Below are positions 52,948-64,000 of a stretch of DNA of 64,000 nt, piece after piece (positions within the stretch are counted from its first letter, which is position 1; every line of letters begins with the position of its first letter). The DNA lies in assembly GCA_964016885.1 (NCBI GenBank), contig OZ024747.1:69440001-69504000 (forward strand), read 5' to 3'. Made by a program: the position numbers and the translations under genes. This DNA is from Eledone cirrhosa (Eukaryota). Below the pieces are notes generated by a model. It saw only the letters and a list, made by a program, of their open reading frames with translations, made no database searches and had not been told where the DNA came from.

Positions 52948-52966
52948 GAAAACACGTGGTTTCAAA

Positions 52967-55920
<2,954 letters not shown>

Positions 55921-58900
55921 CGGGGACCCGTCGGACAAATGAAAATAAAATTAAAAATAAAAGCAAAAACAAAAACCATAACCTACATAAAAATAACCAC
56001 TACCACAGTCACCAACAGTCTTCTAAACAGGAAACTTCTTCCTCTTTTTTAGCCATAATGAATCTGGCAAAACAACTGGAAAAAAACATTCGAGCTATCA
56101 CCCAGCACCACCCTCCACTATCACCCCACTGCACAAACTCCCATTGCTGCCATTAACAAACAAACAAATTAACAACACACCAAAACAATTAAAACCATCC
56201 ACTCTCGCCTCTACATTTTTGCTTAACGCCCAAGGCATCAGCCCTTCCACCAATACTCAAAAATGGAAGATCAAATTCCTGGAGGACTGGATTGATGTCC
56301 ATCCAAACCACATCCCTTTCTTCGTCCTCACTGAAACCCATCTCAGTAACCTCCACTTGGAAGCCGAGGTGAAAGTGAAAAATTTCAAAGCCATCCGTGC
56401 TGATCGCGCTGGCAGAAGAAAGGGCGGAACTGCCATTTATGTCCATAATTCTTTCTCAACAGAGGCTATGAACATATTCACTAATGGATACTGTGAAGCA
56501 GTCACTGTATTCAGTCAAACCAACAACCTATTAGTAGTTGGGCTCTATAGGCCACCCCAAACGCCTGTACCATGCTTCAAGGAATGCCTCAACAGCATAA
56601 AGTGTTTCATCCAAGAGTGTCACCCTGACAACATCTTAATGATGGGGGACTTCAACCTCCCCGGAGTTGACTGGTCCACAAACAGCCTGCCACCAGGTTC
56701 TTCTGCCTCAACCTCTGACAGGGAAGCTGTGGAATCGCTTCTTGACTTCATGGATGATTTCTTCCTATCCCAACTGGTGCTCGAACCAACGAGGTGCCAC
56801 AAAAACGTCCTAGACTTAATTTTCAGCAATCACACTGACAATATCCACAATATTGCAGTGGAGAAAACTCTACTCTCTGATCATGACATGGTTCTCTGTG
56901 ATCTGAGATTCCACCGTCCAATATACAAACCCAATGTCATCTCTCCTGTCCATCCGTTTGACGCTATGGATTTCCACAATGCAAACTGGGAAGCGATCAG
57001 TCATGATCTTGCACATGTCGACTGGTCCTTCACGCACACTCATACACCCACTAACATCAAAAAGTCCTGGCAGACATTTGTGGACACTGTTACAAACATA
57101 TGTGCTAAACACACCCCATTAAGAACTATAAACAAATCTAAGAGCAGAATCCCTAGAAATAGAAAAACGCTCATCAGAAAAATTAAGAGAACGAACAAAA
57201 AAATCAACAAGCTGAAATACTGTCAGCAGCAACACATCAACTTGACTGCCATTTCATCACTAGAGATTAAAAAACATAACCTCCAAAACAACATAATGTC
57301 CTTCATCAACAATCAGAGAAGAGCTGAAGAGGCCTGGGCCATTGAGAAGATCAAACTCAATCCCAAAGTGTTCTTTTCATTTGCAAAAAAAACACAAAAT
57401 CACTGGCTCTACTGTTGGCCCTCTAATTGATGAAAATGGCACTCTTCAAGACAATGCTAAAACCATGGGTGAGATACTGCAGAAACAATACTGCTCTGTT
57501 TTCAGCAATCCTGATATGGCCGATCTGGGCTGTATCGGCGATGTTACTCCCCATTACACCTTATCGGACATAACGTTTGGCGCCCCTGATGTCTTGGCGG
57601 CAATAAAGGAAATCAAGCATAATTCAGCAGTAGGTCCCGATAGGTTCCCTGCTTGCGTCTTGAAGGCGTGTCAACACCAACTTGCATCTCCTCTTGCCAA
57701 TCTGTGGCGGAACTCACTGGATGCTGGATATGTGCCAGAAAACCTTCTATCCCAGTCTGTTGTCCCAGTTTTCAAAAAGGGAAACAAATCCCTTGCCGTG
57801 AATTACCGTCCAATCTCACTCACCTCTCATATCATTAAGGTATTTGAGCGAGTGGTGAGATCGCGAATGACCCACTTCCTTGAGAGTAACAATATGCTGA
57901 ACTCCAACCAGCATGGATTCCGTAATGGAAGGGATTGCCTGACGCAGCTACTGCATCACTTTGATGACATTTTGAGAGCCTTGGGAGAGGGTTCCAACAC
58001 TGATGTTATCTACCTTGATTTCAGCAAGGCCTTTGACAGGGTTGATCATAACATTCTACTGAGAAAGCTGTCCAATATTGGTGTCACTGGAAAGCTGCTG
58101 CAGTGGATCAAGAGCTTCCTGTCAAACAGAATCCAACATGTTGTAGTTGAGGGAGTCAAATCAAGCCCAGCCAAAGTCAGTAGTGGGGTCCCACAAGGCA
58201 CTGTGTTGGGCCCACTTCTCTTCATCATCTATATTAATGACATCACTGACATCATCAAACACAGCAACATTAAAATTTTCGCTGATGATTCCAAGCTCCA
58301 AAAGGTCATCAATGGCGTGGATGACCGGATAAGCCTTCAGTCAGACCTACTGGCTGTTACCCAATGGGCAGAAAAGAACAACATGTTACTGAACGAAGAC
58401 AAATTCGAACTGATCCACTTTGGAAAAGAGGATGCTCTGAAACTCCCGTACTCCCTTCCCTCCGGGGAAACTCTCGTGGCATCTAACAACATCAGAGACT
58501 TGGGAGTAACCGTGGACAGCAACATAAGCTGGACCACGCATATAAGCAGCAAAGTTGACATGGCCCGCAGAATGTGTTCCTGGATCCTCAGAACCTTCCA
58601 GTCGAGAGATTCCCGCACCATTATCCTTCTCTTCTCTACTTTCGCCCGACCACACCTTGAATACTGTTGTCCACTGTGGTCTCCCCACACGAAACAAAGT
58701 ATCATGAAACTTGAAGCTCCTCAAAGGGCAATCACGAAAAAGATAGATGGCATGTCAGACCTTGACTACTGGGGTCGATTAGAAAACCTGAAACTTTACT
58801 CACTCCAACGTCGCCGTGAGCGTTATATTATCTGCATGATGTGGAAAATGTTCCATCATCACTGCCCAAATGATGTTGGCATCGCCTTCAAGATACACCC

Positions 58901-59250
58901 AAGGCTTGGGCCCCGTGCTATCCGTCCCATTCAAAAATCTAAATCGCAACTCATAACAACAATACGGCACAATTATTTCACCTCAATCGGCCCTGCTCTC
59001 TTCAACATCACACCAGGACACGTCAAAACAGAAACTGACCACACAAAATTCAAGAAGTCTTTGGACAAATTCCTCCAAGTAATCCCGGACAAACCACCCA
59101 CACCCGGATATGTCTCCGCAAACAGTAATTCTCTTCTCGAATGGGCCATGGTGCCCAAATCCTGAATTGAAAGACTTCGCCAGGTGGTGCTATTAAGTTA
59201 GACATGGCCTGGGCCAATACTGGCCAAAACATTTCAAAGTTATTCAAAGT

Positions 59251-59251
<1 letters not shown>
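55921..59251 (+). mobile_element. 5'-truncated copy of the same LINE family (element A'), inverted relative to A
   Basis: About 99.5% identical to the reverse complement of 48196-51531; begins inside ORF1 at the end of the second CCCH finger; same 3' tail. Confidence 0.95.
56144..59165 (+). pseudogene. ORF2 of A' with a single +1 frameshift in an A-run (about 57385-57392)
   Basis: ORFs 56144-57430 and 57342-59165 join into the A ORF2 sequence; 8 A here versus 7 in A (could also be a homopolymer sequencing error). Confidence 0.88.
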
Positions 59252-59810
<559 letters not shown>

Positions 59811-60992
59811 TTTACTCTTTTACTCTTTTACCTGTTTCAGCCATCCGGCTGAGGCCATGCTGGGACACCGCCCTTGTCGCTACACATTTTATCTCCAGCC
59901 TGTATAGGTTGGCCACTGGTGTAGGAGGGAGTTTGTTGCTGCTGCCCTTAGGTTTCCCTCGTGTCTTGCTGTGGGCTCATCCGGGATCCTGGATAACAAG
60001 GTGTCGGGATGTTTCTTAAAGACATCCACCTCCACGTCATGCAAGTCTCGCACATGCCTCGGCAGCCTGTTGAAGAGTTGAGGGCCCTTGAATCCCAGGC
60101 TATTGCAATACCTGCTCCTTATTCTAGATGTGGAAGACGGGACCTTTGGCACCACACAGTGACGTCCTGTTCGACGGTTGGTCCAGCTCCCAATGCCAAA
60201 GTTTGGTGCTAGTCCCTCCAGGATTTTCCACATGTAGATCACTGCGTATCTCTCCCGTCTTCGCTCCAAGGAGTAGAGGTTCAGTTCCTTCAGCCTCTCC
60301 CAGTAGCTTGTCTCCCTCATCTTGGCAATCCTCTTGGTGTAGCTTCGCTGGATTGCCTCAAGCTCTGTGGTTAGTTTGACACTATGGGGTGACCACAGCT
60401 GGTAGCAGTAGTCCAGGCGGCTTAGGACAAAAGTCCTCCACAGTGTCAACATGGTGTCTCGATCTCTTGTAAGGAAAGTCCTCAAGATCCAGCCAGCAAA
60501 TCGTCTACATGCTGTCGCCACCTTCATGATGTGTGAAGAAAAAGATGCATCATCGCTCATGTCTATGCCCAGGTCTCGTATCGATTTTGACACGGGAATA
60601 TCGGTCCCTCCTGGTCCTGTGTAGCTGTGTTCCGCTATATTTGTGTTTGTGTTTGCAGGTTTGTATTGTAGGGCTTGGAATTTGCCAGCATTAAACTGCA
60701 TGTTGTTTTCTTCCGCCCATCTGTATATGGCATCCAGATCCTGCTGTAAGAGGGCAGCGTCAGCCGGGTTTTTGATTGCCTGTGCTACCTTAGTGTCATC
60801 AGCATAGCTAGTGAAGGATGTTGTTGCATGCACCACAGAGGGCATGTCCGAGAGAGCCACCAAAAACAGTAGTGGTCCCAGGACTGTCCCCTGAGGCACC
60901 CCACTTGTTATCGGTGTTTCCCTCGAGAGGGCCCCATTTGCTGCGACTGCCTGGCTTCTGTCCCTCAGGAAGCCATGCAGCCACTCACCTAC
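59811..60992 (-). mobile_element. 5'-truncated CR1-group LINE of a second family (element B): RT C-terminal half + 3'UTR
   Basis: Open frame 59889-60992 with [28 protein letters not shown]; 3' tail of (GTAAAAGA)n. Confidence 0.93.
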
Positions 60993-62886
<1,894 letters not shown>

Positions 62887-62890
<4 letters not shown>

Positions 62891-63262
62891 CATTGGGAGC
62901 TGGACCAACCGTCGAACAGGACGTCACTGTGTGGTGCCAAAGGTCCCGTCTTCCACATCTAGAATAAGGAGCAGGTATTGCAATAGCCTGGGATTCAAGG
63001 GCCCTCAACTCTTCAACAGGCTGCCGAGGCATCTGCGAGACTTGCATGACGTGGAGGTGGATGTCTTTAAGAAACATCTCGACACCTTGTTGTCCAGGAT
63101 CCTGGATGAGCCCACAGCAAGACACGAGGGAAACCTAAGGGCAGCAGCAACAAACTCCCTCCTACACCAGTGGCCAACCTATACAGGCTGGAGATAAAAT
63201 GTGTAGCAACAAGGGCGGTGCCCCAGCATGGCCTCAGCCGGATGGCTGAAACAGGTAAAAGA
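62887..63262 (+). mobile_element. Short 3' fragment of family B (element B'), inverted relative to B
   Basis: About 6 differences in 375 bp from the reverse complement of about 59824-60199; ends GGCTGAAACAGGTAAAAGA. Confidence 0.93.

Positions 63263-64000
<738 letters not shown>

Larger units (their letters stand above)
48196..52966 (-). mobile_element. Apparently full-length, intact CR1-group non-LTR retrotransposon (element A) inserted in (TA)n
   Basis: 5'UTR with a tandem duplication, ORF1 (394 aa), uninterrupted ORF2 (about 1006 aa, APE + RT), short 3'UTR ending in (TTCAAAG)-type repeats; TA arrays on both sides. Clade assigned from C-terminal motifs (LYSLQRRRERY, PDKP..GY...NS) only. 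Confidence 0.93.

Overview
AT-rich eukaryotic non-coding DNA with no host-gene exon I can recognise. The repeat content (dense (TA)n/(CA)n microsatellites, a 185-bp tRNA-derived SINE, RTE, CR1-group and Penelope retroelements) resembles an octopod cephalopod genome; this is inferred from repeat style only. Main elements: a decayed near-full-length RTE LINE with an internal PHD finger (5.8-9.0 kb, +); about 16 copies of one SINE, three with clear TSDs; a non-autonomous Helitron (24.4-25.0 kb); a Penelope-like RT/GIY-YIG element with a minimal hammerhead ribozyme (38-39.7 kb); and several more hammerhead motifs, some inside fold-back palindromes. The most unusual region is 47.3-64 kb, a 17-kb interrupted (TA)n field holding two consecutive same-family head-to-head LINE pairs (<-A A'-> <-B B'->). 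Element A looks intact. Its ORF1 has a Myb/SANT-like domain, polyQ and two CCCH fingers. Its ORF2 has no upstream AUG and overlaps ORF1 in the -1 frame across two canonical slippery heptamers. The TA arrays switch G/C interruption polarity between the paired 5' ends. All comparisons were made by eye; no database searches were run.
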